In this document: positions 18,697-30,143 of the stretch, one piece after another
Layout: each line of letters opens with the position of its first letter
Position numbering within the stretch: the stretch's first letter is position 1
Source of the DNA: Rhynchopus sp. YZ270_cl-10
Lineage: Eukaryota
Assembly: GCA_964035575.1 (NCBI GenBank)
Contig: OZ037847.1
Span: forward strand, 930,001-994,000
Direction: 5' to 3'
DNA: 64,000 nucleotides
Notes under the pieces: model-generated
Database searches by the model: none
What the model was told of the DNA's origin: nothing
The model's input: the letters and a program-made list of their open reading frames with translations, nothing else
Made by a program: the position numbers and the translations under genes

Positions 18697-18991
18697 AGTG
18701 AGGTCTCAGAAGATAGCATTGAGTGCCTTCGATGACAAGAGGTATATTTGCGAGGATGGAGTTACCACAAAGGCCTACCGATAAGTCTTCAATATACATA
18801 TCTCTGCGATATGTATGTCTCTTATAGCAGTCTTACAGCACAGCACTAACCTCTTGCACAATCCCTGTCTTCAGGTTGAAGTCAACAACCTTATCGTAGT
18901 ACACCAAACAATACAGGTACATGTCGTAGCTGGCCTCTCTCTCAATGTTCACTGTCAAGGTGTTTGCCTGGGTGCTTGAGACGCTGTCTTG
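18697..18991 (+). repeat. 295-bp direct copy of the polB-end/hairpin/MCP-end region (9014-9308)
   Basis: Colinear, ungapped, about 6 substitutions. Confidence 0.97.
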
Positions 18992-19675
18992 CAGCAGCAA
19001 CGGCGCCAAGAGGCTTTACAGCAGGCGCAGTCCAAGCAGGGGCAGCAACAGCAACAACTTCTTGAGCAGCAGCTGCTCAGCATGATGGAGGCGCAGAAGG
19101 CCTCGCTCGCGGCAGCGACGTCGCACCGGACGGAAGCCGCGGGTGTGCCGCCGGTCGCGGCAGGGGATAGCGCCACCCTTGCTCAGGCCCTGGCAACCAT
19201 CATGACGTCTCAACGGGAGGGGCAGCTGCAGCAGACCGCCCTTTTGATGCAGCTGGCCGAACAACGGGGTGCGGGGGGGCGGGGGTCAACGGAGGAGGAG
19301 ATCCCGGTGGTGTCGCACCGTGTGGAGGACGTGGCACGGGACCCCCTGCGATGGGCGGAGTACGCGCAGGCGCAGCCCCACCACGGCTACACCCTGCTGG
19401 AGGCCATCAAGGCCCGGGTGGGGTCGGTAACGCCCGACACCGACGCCGCCGACGCCGCGGCCTTCTGCGTGGACTTGGTGGAGTCCATCCTGTTCGGGGC
19501 GGCGCCGATGGACCTGCTGGCGCAAGTCGGCCGGGAGCTCTCCTTCTGGGAGCTACGGGGCAAGACGGGGCGGCCCGGGGCAGCGGCCTACAAGGCCAAG
19601 TTGTGGTCGCAGTCCGCTGTGCCGGCGGGGGAGCGGGCGGCGTATGCGGCTGCTTTCGCGACGGCGAAGGCGAAG
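18992..19675 (+). pseudogene. GC-rich truncated gag-like fragment of a second YR-retrotransposon family
   Basis: EDVARDPLRW..LLE..DAA..LVESILFG..DLL..G..AAAY..RAA..AA aligns by eye with the gag at 59582-60610 (ETVALNPTRW..LLE..DAA..LIQKILKG..DLL..G..AARAF..RAA..AA). Confidence 0.7.
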
Positions 19676-20940
19676 TACAGTACAGTACAGTACAGTACAG
19701 TACAGTACAGTACAGTACAGTACAGTACAGTACAGTACAGTACAGTACAGTACAGTACAGTACAGTACAGTACAGTACAGTACAGTACAGTACAGTACAG
19801 TACAGTACAGTACAGTACAGTACAGTACAGTACAGTACAGTACAGTACAGTACAGTACAGTACAGTACAGTACAGTACAGTACAGTACAGTACAGTACAG
19901 TACAGTACAGTACAGTACAGTACAGTACAGTACAGTACAGTACAGTACAGTACAGTACAGTACAGTACAGTACAGTACAGTACAGTACAGTACAGTACAG
20001 TACAGTACAGTACAGTACAGTACAGTACAGTACAGTACAGTACAGTACAGTACAGTACAGTACAGTACAGTACAGTACAGTACAGTACAGTACAGTACAG
20101 TACAGTACAGTACAGTACAGTACAGTACAGTACAGTACAGTACAGTACAGTACAGTACAGTACAGTACAGTACAGTACAGTACAGTACAGTACAGTACAG
20201 TACAGTACAGTACAGTACAGTACAGTACAGTACAGTACAGTACAGTACAGTACAGTACAGTACAGTACAGTACAGTACAGTACAGTACAGTACAGTACAG
20301 TACAGTACAGTACAGTACAGTACAGTACAGTACAGTACAGTACAGTACAGTACAGTACAGTACAGTACAGTACAGTACAGTACAGTACAGTACAGTACAG
20401 TACAGTACAGTACAGTACAGTACAGTACAGTACAGTACAGTACAGTACAGTACAGTACAGTACAGTACAGTACAGTACAGTACAGTACAGTACAGTACAG
20501 TACAGTACAGTACAGTACAGTACAGTACAGTACAGTACAGTACAGTACAGTACAGTACAGTACAGTACAGTACAGTACAGTACAGTACAGTACAGTACAG
20601 TACAGTACAGTACAGTACAGTACAGTACAGTACAGTACAGTACAGTACAGTACAGTACAGTACAGTACAGTACAGTACAGTACAGTACAGTACAGTACAG
20701 TACAGTACAGTACAGTACAGTACAGTACAGTACAGTACAGTACAGTACAGTACAGTACAGTACAGTACAGTACAGTACAGTACAGTACAGTACAGTACAG
20801 TACAGTACAGTACAGTACAGTACAGTACAGTACAGTACAGTACAGTACAGTACAGTACAGTACAGTACAGTACAGTACAGTACAGTACAGTACAGTACAG
20901 TGCAGTACAGTGCAGTGCAGTACAGTACAGTACACAGTAC
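19674..20940. repeat. (GTACA)n pentanucleotide satellite, ~250 copies
   Basis: Perfect array with a degenerate right end. Confidence 0.99.
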
Positions 20941-20949
20941 TGCAAACCC

Positions 20950-21160
20950 AAAAAAATCACAAAACCTGCACTAGCGATTCACATAAATTCACAAAAATTC
21001 ACATAAATTCACAACACCTGCACAAAACCTTCACATAAATTCACAAAAATTCACAAAACCTGCACTTGCGATTCACAAAAATTCACAAAAATTCACATTC
21101 ATTCACAAAAGATCCCACACATGGTGTATCACGTGTGTTTTCGCCTCGTTGTGAATTTTT
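20950..21160. repeat. ATTCAC(A/AT)AA short-repeat cluster, related in reverse orientation to 24948-25010
   Basis: Repeated AATTCACAAAA/AATTCACATA; TTTTGTGAAT copies near 21150 and 24950-25000. Confidence 0.65.
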
Positions 21161-21350
21161 GTAGGCATTTCCCAGAGTGCCCCAAACCCTCCGCGTTCAC
21201 CTGTGAGATATAGTCGAAGTTACTCCATTAAAATCCTGCCTCGACATCCTTGCCCCCCTCTCTCCCTCCTCCTCCTCCTTTTCCAAAGCTTCGACAGCAC
21301 TCACAGAACTGATTTACATCACCCCTCTTTCTCTTTCTCCACCCGCAACA

Positions 21351-22334
21351 ATGAAGCACCCTATGCAGGGCCAGGCGACGCTCATTGTAGAAGACGTAGC
21401 AGATTACCGCGCAGCGATTAGTGAGGTTGTGAAGCCAGGGGATGTGGTGCTTGAGGTGGGATGCCATGAGGGGATCACAACACGGCGTATTGCGCAGGAG
21501 GTTGGTTCGGAAGGGTTGGTGTACGGCATTGACACTTCGAATGTCTGTATTGAGCGTGCAAACACTGCCTACGAAGCACTCCCCAACCTGCACTTCGCGG
21601 TCGCAGATGCACTGCACATCCCTTCGCTCCGCAAGCTCAGCCCAGACCGCCCATTTGAAGTCATCTTCCTCGACATCTCCGGCTCCCGCGATCTCGAAAC
21701 GCTCATTCCTCTTATGGAATCATACGAATTTGCCCTCAAACCTCGTCTCATTGTTTGCAAAAGCTTTCGTCTGAAAAGATTATATTTAAACTGCACGCTT
21801 CTCAACTACCACCCTGCTGCTCCTGGGGAGAAGATGGACGGGGATTTGGCAGGACACGGTGAGTGGGTGAAACCGGAGGCTTCAGAGAGGTTTCCGATTA
21901 GGAAGACAGCGAGGGTGAAGATGGCGAGAGGGGTGCTGCCTAGAGATGCAGCGGGATGTGTGGATACGAAGGATCTGGCGGAGAATGCGAAGTGCAATTT
22001 GAAGTTAGATGCATGGGGCAGTGGAAGGGACCGTCGGAGGGAGAAGACAGCACGCCTCAGAGACCAACGCCGTGATGCTCCAGAGGAACGTGAAAAGGAA
22101 GTTGCCATCAACGTTCTCCGCGGCGAAGAGGAAGGCATCCGTGCTGCCATTGGGAGAGAGTACAGTGCCACGCTCCTCAAGCTCTGCAGAACACTCAGAA
22201 CAAACCTCCGTACTGCCTACAAAGAAACGAAGCATACGTGCACAGCAGTTCTTCACTGGTCCAAGCCGGTCGGTCACATCAGTTGGACCATCAGAGAAGA
22301 AGAAGAAGAAGAAGTGCCAGAGCAAAAGGAATAG
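21351..22334 (+). CDS. Class I SAM-dependent methyltransferase
   Basis: Motif I VLEVGCHEG, VYGIDTS, FAVADA, VIFLDISG; upstream pyrimidine tract. Confidence 0.88.
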   Translation: MKHPMQGQATLIVEDVADYRAAISEVVKPGDVVLEVGCHEGITTRRIAQEVGSEGLVYGIDTSNVCIERANTAYEALPNLHFAVADALHIPSLRKLSPDRPFEVIFLDISGSRDLETLIPLMESYEFALKPRLIVCKSFRLKRLYLNCTLLNYHPAAPGEKMDGDLAGHGEWVKPEASERFPIRKTARVKMARGVLPRDAAGCVDTKDLAENAKCNLKLDAWGSGRDRRREKTARLRDQRRDAPEEREKEVAINVLRGEEEGIRAAIGREYSATLLKLCRTLRTNLRTAYKETKHTCTAVLHWSKPVGHISWTIREEEEEEVPEQKE

Positions 22335-22563
22335 GAGGAGTGGGTGGAGAGGAGGAGAAGAGAGGAGGAAGACGCATAGCATTATAATGTGTTGTTTTGT
22401 GGAGGGGTTGGGGATGTGCCCAAGTGTCTAACCTTTTTTTGTTGCCCCATTTTTTATCAAGTATGCATCATTGATATGGAACGTTTTATTTTGTTTTGTT
22501 ATTTGTTCTTTTTACGTATTCCAAAGTCTTTCACCCCCACCCTCTCTATTAGGATTGAAAAAT

Positions 22564-23865
22564 ATGCGTTTCGATCTACAACTAAGCAGGGAGGGCCGTA
22601 GTACGGGGACGTCGCTTGCACATGGCGTGCAGTCGCACAGTGTGGGGAGACGGAAGAAGTCGAATGTGCAAGGACGTGCGCTGGCTGCAGCAGGGGTGAA
22701 GCCACTCCCGACACATCCACACCCGGCTTCTGCAGTGCGTGTGCACAACCCACCTGCGCTGTTCAGTGGCCTCCCTCTGGAGGAGGAGAGCCACCTCGCA
22801 CATCACCCACACCCGGCACATCTGTCATACCAAGCACACCAGCCGCCTCTGCCGCTTCCCCAGGCACCGTACACACAGCCGTACGTTCCGCAATACCCTC
22901 TTCCCGTGTTCCCCGTGGAGAACAACCCGTACCCCAGTGTAAAGGGGCAGGGTGCACCGCCAGGGTACATCCAAAGCAGCCCAGTGGGGCGGAACAGTGC
23001 GGTCAGGTCGCATACACACCAGCCCCAGCAGGAGACGCCGACAAGGCAGTTGATGTACCCGCCAAACCCGATCCCGAATCCGGTGAATGTGGCGGCTGCG
23101 AACCCTATCAAGGTGGTGGGTGGTGCACACCGTTCAGCGCGGAGCCGTTCGCAGTCGTTGCAGAAAGAGGTTCGTGTCGCGCCAGGTCTGTCGGTGCCGT
23201 CGCCGTATGGCAGTCCATATGCAAAGTACACATCGACACCAAGAGACGCAGCGCCTGTGCCTGCCCCAGCCCCCGCAGTGCCGCCCCAGCCACACCCACA
23301 GCCGCAGAAGGCAAAGCGCAGAAGCAACAGTGCAGGCACAGCGCGTGCACGCACAGCCTCAACAGGCCCCCCTATACCACCTGCAGCAACCTCCTCGCAG
23401 TCCTTCTGCGCAGAGCAGAGCCCAAAGACGTACACAAAGTTTGACTACGGAACAAAACGGCAGGTCCCCGACCGGCAGCCCATCCAAAGGGCGCCGTCCA
23501 TCCCACAGGCCCCCACACCAAGCAAGCTCCAGATAGGTGACGAAGCCTGGGAGCGTCTTGTGGTCCTGGCAAGGGACGACTTCACAGAGGACGAGCTCGG
23601 CATGCTGTTCTGGGACACGTTGAGCAAGCTGCTGATGTTCTACAGCATAGAGGAGCCTATGGAGGTGGCCAAGATCGAGCTCAAGTGGAAGAGCATACAG
23701 TCCGGACGCCCCGCAGAGGGCATGCAGTCACCGGGGGGGAACGGCAGCCTCTACGAAGTGCCGCGTGTCGACACTGCACACCACAGCACCCACAGTGCAC
23801 GCGATGTCAACGCACAGAACAAGTACACACCCTACAACTACCATGCAAAGCGCGAAATGGTATGA
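22564..23865 (+). CDS. Pro/Gln-rich hypothetical protein with a short helical C-terminal domain
   Basis: Long GC-rich ORF from ATG 22564, flanked by AT-rich DNA. Confidence 0.75.
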   Translation: MRFDLQLSREGRSTGTSLAHGVQSHSVGRRKKSNVQGRALAAAGVKPLPTHPHPASAVRVHNPPALFSGLPLEEESHLAHHPHPAHLSYQAHQPPLPLPQAPYTQPYVPQYPLPVFPVENNPYPSVKGQGAPPGYIQSSPVGRNSAVRSHTHQPQQETPTRQLMYPPNPIPNPVNVAAANPIKVVGGAHRSARSRSQSLQKEVRVAPGLSVPSPYGSPYAKYTSTPRDAAPVPAPAPAVPPQPHPQPQKAKRRSNSAGTARARTASTGPPIPPAATSSQSFCAEQSPKTYTKFDYGTKRQVPDRQPIQRAPSIPQAPTPSKLQIGDEAWERLVVLARDDFTEDELGMLFWDTLSKLLMFYSIEEPMEVAKIELKWKSIQSGRPAEGMQSPGGNGSLYEVPRVDTAHHSTHSARDVNAQNKYTPYNYHAKREMV

Positions 23866-24241
23866 AAAATATGTAGTAAAGTAGTTCTGTAGTGAGAGAG
23901 GTTTTATATCACGCGTGAATAACGTTTTATAGGTGTAAACAGGTGAAAAAGTGAGTGAAATAAGATTCGTTTTATTTCACGCAAATCGTGAAGGATTGGG
24001 TGGGGGAGTGAAATAAAAGACCACCCCTCTTTATTCTTACTTTTCATGAAGGAAATGTAGGGGATGGGTTGGGAAGTTAGGTGAAAAAGAGACTGTTTTA
24101 ATAGGAAGGACAAGTGAAAGGCGTATATGCAGTAACGTTCGCTTAATAACGATATGGGAGTAAACCCATACACAACGATGATGAAAGGATCGGGGAAACC
24201 AAAAACAACAATAACAACAATAAAGGCAATAGACATCAGTG

Positions 24242-24950
24242 TCACTCATCGGTCGACTTTAGTTCCAGAGTCACATGCACGTTTTGCGTCCGCTGTTGCG
24301 CCCTGTTCACCTGGGTGATGGCGTTCGAGATGTCGTGCTGCATCCGCTCGCTGCCATCCACGTACCTCTGTGGCATGGAGCTGCTGCGCCATCCGAAGTG
24401 TGTTTGCATCTGCAGCAGAGAAGCGCCACCCTCGGCTGCCGCCGTCGCAGAAGAGCGCCGGAATGCATGTCCAGTGTAGTGACCAGGGTAGCCCATGAAC
24501 TCTGCAATCAGATTTGGAAAGGTGTACAGGGTGTTGATCCCAACAGGCTGAGACTTAAACTTGGTCTGTGTGGACTGCACAAAAAGTCTGTCTGTCTTCA
24601 GTGAGCCTCGTTGCTTCATGTACAGAGACAAGGCCATGCTGAATGAGGATGCTTCCTGGATGAAGAATCGGCCAACTCTGTCTTCAGGGGTTCTGGCTTT
24701 GCAGTGCTCATACGTGATGTACCACCCGTCGTCACCCTTGCGCACAGAACCCGTCTTCTAGTTCACAGCTTCCTTGCATCTGAGTCAACCGACAAAGCAC
24801 ACCGCGGCATACACCTTCACCAATACCCATTTCGGGCCATCAGTGTCCTTCAGGAGGAAGTCTTCCAGCTGCTTCAGCGAGAAGATGGCGCTCTGCCGGG
24901 GTGATTCCTGCGAGGCCCACTGCTTCAGAAGGGCAGTGATTCTCCAATTT
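24242..24950 (-). pseudogene. Crypton-type tyrosine recombinase pseudogene
   Basis: One frame reads G*LRCKEAVN* ... YTGHAFRRSSAT ... HFGWRSSSMPQRY (R, HxxR, W, Y catalytic set) with two in-frame stops at ~24785 and ~24758; 5' end truncated by a repeat. Confidence 0.85.
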
Positions 24951-25950
24951 ATGTGAATGTTTTGTGAATCGGTACTGAATATTTTGTGAATGTTTTGTGA
25001 CTTTTCCTGAAAAAATGACCCCAAATCACCCCAATGAATAAAATTTGTACTTTTTTAGATACCCGGTCTTTCGAGCACAAAGCACAGTCTTTTTTTCCCG
25101 CTCACCTCTACACATTCTTCCCTGTACAGCCATCAGCCTCGAAGTCCCGTCCAGGGATGTCCACCCCTGTGCACGACGACCCTCGTACGCAGAGAAGCAT
25201 CCGGAGCAGTAGCCCAGCGCAACGGTCGTGGATGTGATGTCGCTGCTGGTCATGGCCCTTCGCTTTGATGTGAGTTGTGTTTTGATGTGTTTCTTATTGA
25301 TAGAGAGACTCAAATCTTTCTCTTTAGATAGGAACTCTGCGAAACAATTTGAGCGTGGAGGTGTTTTTTTCCAGAATTTGCGGGGGGGAAGAATAGGAGC
25401 AAAGAAATAAAGTTGCAATGTTTTTTTGTTTTCTTTTTTTGTGCGGAAAAGCGAGATTGCCTCTGCACCCGCTTCTTATTACCCATTCTTGCTGTCCCCC
25501 CCACCCGTTGTTAATGACGCTCATAGAATTTATTGAGACATTGTACCTATAAACCCAAAATAGCATGTCTGTACCCTAAAACACCCCACATCTCCTCACT
25601 TATTGCAAAAAAAAACAAAAAAGCAAAGCAAAAAAAACTGTGTGTAATAGATAGTCCCTACAATAGATGAAAAAAAAAAGCAACCACGATTGCCCCGTTT
25701 TCCTCCCCCTTTTTTTTTACTCCAACCGGACCCTGTATCACGCAGACTTAATTAACCTGCGTCTCCAATGATCACCGTTTATCTTACTGATGATTCAAGT
25801 CACCTTTGATTTCATGCTTCACATTTAATTTTCTGCCCCATTGTCCTCCAAACCAAAAAACCCTCCAGAAACCCAACCCCCCTCCCCGCACCCTCCTTCC
25901 TCCTTCCCTCCCCCTTCCCTTTCCACTTCCACCCGTTTCCCCCCTTTTAA

Positions 25951-27501
25951 ATGGAATTGGAGTTTGACAGCAATGGCACAAGGGTATTTCTTGACATTGA
26001 TGAGGATGAGACGGTGTTGTCTGTGAAAGCAAAGGTGTGCAAGGCGTTTAACTTGGGGACAGTCAACTCGTTTGATCTGCGTAAGGACGGCAAGGTCGTA
26101 GAGGATGATGCTGCGCCCGATACGTACCAACCTCCAAGCCCCGTTTCCCACTTCCGTCCGATCACCCAGGCGAACACCAGCAGCACCACATCGACCTCCT
26201 CTGTGTTCACCCACGTCTCCTCCAGCAGCACACAGTCCACCTCCATCTCAGAGACCCCCCTAGCGAACGGCGACCTCGTCAGCATACAATGTGTATCCTA
26301 CCCGACGCAGGAGGTGGGGATCATCGACCTTCTGGACGAATGTGTTGTGGACGGCGAAGGGCGCAATATGGAGGGCGACTTTGATGATTTCTCTGACTAC
26401 ACCTGCGATGACATGGCCTGCGAGGATTATGAGACCTGTGAGACAGCGTTCACCCTCTCGGACAAACACAGTGAGGTCATGGTCACGGCGCGTCCTGGGG
26501 TGACGGCGGCACTGCGTGTATTCTCGACGTCGGGGAGCTTGCTCTCGCTGCTCGAGCCTGCAATGCAGACTGTGTCGCTCGCAACGACGCTCCAAGGTCA
26601 GGTCTTTGCATTGTCTGCAGATGGGAACATCCACGCTTGGAACACCGAAAGCGGCGAAAAGCGCACCCCCGTGATGTCCTGCGGTGTGCACGTCAAGCGT
26701 CTACAAGTCTCCCCCTGCCAGAACTACCTCGGAGCCTTCGGGGACAACGAAGCACAGATCTGGTGTCTGAAAGACCCAGAATCCCCGCAGCTCCACCTGC
26801 GTGTCCCCTGTTCGGGCAACCTTGGTGTGCTTGCACAGCTCCACGGTGCGTCGTGCCTCTTCGTGCAGAGCACAGAGACAAAGGCCTTCCGCATTGAATG
26901 CTGGGCGCTCTCCCGCGGGTCTTTGGTCAAAACCTTTGAGATCTTCAACGAGGCGCAGATGAACGGACGCAGCATCACCTCCGGGGTCTCGCTTGCACTG
27001 TCCCGCGCAGCGATGGTAGGGTACAGCGAGGATGAGGAGGACGTCATGGGGAGCAGGTTTGACAACTCATCCTACGTGATTGTGGGTGCAGGCGATGTGC
27101 TCACGTTGTTTGCTTCGTCGGACTGTTCGATTAAGGGACAGATCTTTACTGATGTGGAGCGCTTCCATGAGATTATTGTTTCACCTTGTGGGCGCATTGT
27201 GACGACGAGGCAGGGTGAGGGGTATCTGTTCACATACCGTGTGATGGAGGGGACTATTGCGCTTTTGCACTGCAGAGATACCATGGTGTGCAGCAGTGTT
27301 TGCGCTACGGAGTGCGGCCAGTACGTTCTTGCCTGCAGGGACGACAGACTCGACGTGTTCGGCGTGACAGAGTTCCTCCCCCTCCGCGCCCTCACCGTCA
27401 GCATGCATTGCAGCGACCCCCAGTACGAACTCTGCAAAATCACCCCCCTCGGAAAGCTCGCAATCACGATCGAAGAGGACAAGGTCTTCTTCTTCATGTG
27501 A
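25951..27501 (+). CDS. Ubiquitin-like N-terminal domain plus WD40-like beta-propeller protein
   Basis: N-term LDIDEDETVLSVKAKV..DGKVVEDD; repeats SADGNIHAWN, VSPCQNYL..AQIW, VSPCGRIV, TECGQYV. Confidence 0.7.
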   Translation: MELEFDSNGTRVFLDIDEDETVLSVKAKVCKAFNLGTVNSFDLRKDGKVVEDDAAPDTYQPPSPVSHFRPITQANTSSTTSTSSVFTHVSSSSTQSTSISETPLANGDLVSIQCVSYPTQEVGIIDLLDECVVDGEGRNMEGDFDDFSDYTCDDMACEDYETCETAFTLSDKHSEVMVTARPGVTAALRVFSTSGSLLSLLEPAMQTVSLATTLQGQVFALSADGNIHAWNTESGEKRTPVMSCGVHVKRLQVSPCQNYLGAFGDNEAQIWCLKDPESPQLHLRVPCSGNLGVLAQLHGASCLFVQSTETKAFRIECWALSRGSLVKTFEIFNEAQMNGRSITSGVSLALSRAAMVGYSEDEEDVMGSRFDNSSYVIVGAGDVLTLFASSDCSIKGQIFTDVERFHEIIVSPCGRIVTTRQGEGYLFTYRVMEGTIALLHCRDTMVCSSVCATECGQYVLACRDDRLDVFGVTEFLPLRALTVSMHCSDPQYELCKITPLGKLAITIEEDKVFFFM

Positions 27502-28376
27502 GCTGAGCGGAAAGGCCAAATCTCTAAAAAGTAAATTTGATTAAAAAAAGTTGATGTGATTCTTCAAACACAAAAATAATAATTCCCAAGGGCGTTTGCA
27601 ATCTTTTTTCAAAAAAAAAGAAAAAACAGTCCTTTTCATTTCCCAATTATGTTTTCCCTTTCTTTCCTTCGCACAGTGTTTTGTCATATTGTCGTGGTTT
27701 GATTCTGTTAAGGGACATTCCACCTTTTATTCTTCAGTGTGACATTCTCTTTGTGAAGTGAATACCTTTCCCCCCCTTTCCCCTTTCCTCCCTTCTCGCA
27801 CCTCCCCAGCATCTTCGGCATTTTTTGACTTATTTATTCTTTGTTTTAGGTGAGCGTTTTCGTGGTGATTCACGATTCAGCCTTTTCGGGTTAACCGGCA
27901 ATTTCCCCTATCGAGCACATCCATGCATTCACACGCCATTGAGGTGGTCTCAGCTTTGCCCTATGGAACGTGTTCCACCCGGCTGTCCTTCAGAGCGTTT
28001 CAACACAATTTTAAATTTATTTTTCAGGTGACTAAGCGTGATAGGCTTAGATTTCAATACATTTTTTTTTTTGTTCTACCATTCAATTGCAAGGGCAAGA
28101 TCGTGATCCGCTTCTTTTTTTTTTTTAAAAACCCCAACCTTTTTTTCTCGATTCTATTTCAACTGGTAGTTAAAGCTGGCTGGGTAGGAGCGCAGAAAAG
28201 GAAAACACTCCCAAAACTACATACTCTTTTCAGTTTAGGTATACGCTTGCCACGAGAGGCTTTGTATTCCAAGTTAGCTTTCTTTTGATAAATTTAAGAC
28301 GTCTTGATGTTGTTCTCTTCCTCCTTTTCCGTGCAGGTTATCTTTGTGTGTGGTGTTTTATTGTTTGTTTCGTTGG

Positions 28377-28409
<33 letters not shown>

Positions 28410-30108
28410 ATAAAAACTTTACCTTTTGTTGAGACGTGTGTGTGTGCCCGAGAGGTGCATTCGCCACTTTTCAGTTCTCTCAATGAAGTGCTCTTCTCAG
28501 GTTCGATAACCCGCGGAGAAGCAGTGCCCTGTGTCTACTGCTGGGGGAAAAGGGGGACAAAATGCAAATACAACCAAGTTTTCAAAAAAAGAAAAGACAC
28601 CCATATGAGTAGGGAAAATGCCTGCACCGATACCACTCACTTCACACACGACTGAACTGTCCATAAGAATGTCAGTGGGGCCAACCGGAATGGGTGTTCG
28701 TTGCGATACACCTTATACAGCATTTGTAAGCAATAAAAGTAGATTACCTGCGTGTACAATCAAAAAAAGTGTTATGACGTAATCGTACTACAGTCATGAG
28801 TGGTCCGTGGAAAAAGGAAACACTCTATTTAAAAGAAATATGGCCCACCAAAGGAAGGAGTCTCGTCTATCTTCCCATCCCTTCAGAATCTCTTCCCTCT
28901 CTTGTGTTAAGAGAAGGTGTTAACCAGAGGTAATGAGATATTGACCGAAAATTTTTTTTTCTCCAGAAAGGGTGAGAAGAATAGCCGCACACAAAACTAT
29001 TATTTTATTTTTGGGGACAGTAACTCAGAGGGGACAGCATTGCTAGCGAAATAAATTGCAATCTTTGTGGGTTTGCTCCGAATTTGTCCAAAAAAAAATA
29101 TGGTGCTCATCCTCACGTGTCTCCGCTAATACAACTAAGTGTTCAAAAAAAGATGAAAAAGAAGAAGAAGAAGAAAAAAAAAAAAAACACGCACTGCCTT
29201 GCCAGCAGTCCTTCACCTCACGTCCCCTTCTCTACCCGTTTATCCCCTCCCCCACTCATCCACCCCTTTCTGCGTGGTAGTCTAAAAGGATTGGATGTGT
29301 GCCATTTGATATGTTCTGTTATTATTATACGTTTCACCCCCATCTCCCCACCCTTCTCTCTCCCCTCTTATTAGCAGTGTCTGGTTCTGGGTGTGATTTT
29401 TTTTTGTTTGTTTGGTGATATGTGGATCATCCTAACACGTTTCTCTCTTTTTTTTTGTGTGTTTTCCGTGAGAGTCCCCCTTTTTTTAAACATGTGTATG
29501 CACATGAAGCATATTTAAACCCCCTTTGTTTTGCTCATTCTCAGAGAAGGCTTGCGCTGGTATATCATGTACTGTTCACAAGGAAATGACTGGACAAGAT
29601 TTTGCCAGCGAGCGAGGTATTTTTTTTTTCCTCCATTTTTAAATACACAAAAAAATACAGCATTGTTTTTCCACAAATCAATGCGAAATGGGTTTGAGGG
29701 AAAGTGAAGTTTGTCACAGAGTGACAGCTTCTTTCCAACAATTTATTGACAACAATATCGCCCTTTTTTGGGTGACATTTGAGTTCAGAACCCATCTTAA
29801 TGGGTAATTGTCGATAACAATAACAACAAAAAAGGGGGAAAAAAATTGAATTCTGAAAGTGTATTAAATGGGGGGGTTTGTTGTGATCTTTCGATTACAG
29901 TATTTTTTTCTTCCCCTTTGCCCTTTTTTTTGGGGGGGTTTTTTTTTTAATAGGGAGAGGTACCTTTGCTAATTAAAAGGTGGTTTTATGTCGTTTGCAA
30001 TGTTTCTTGGTGGCTAAGCATTGTGTGAAGGCTTAGTACCATCTGGCAAACGTTTCCTTTTTCTGTTGCATGTGTGCAGCAGAGTGAAGCAGTACCGTCT
30101 GGTATTTA

Positions 30109-30143
<35 letters not shown>

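Noticed and set aside
19351..21038. Long YSTVQ/YCTVL ORFs
   Set aside because: Artefacts of the stop-free (GTACA)n satellite
24758..24787. Stop-codon reassignment explaining the in-frame TGA/TAG in the YR
   Set aside because: Other genes have long stop-free frames and end at standard stops; single-base nonsense changes (e.g. GGA>TGA, TTG>TAG) suffice
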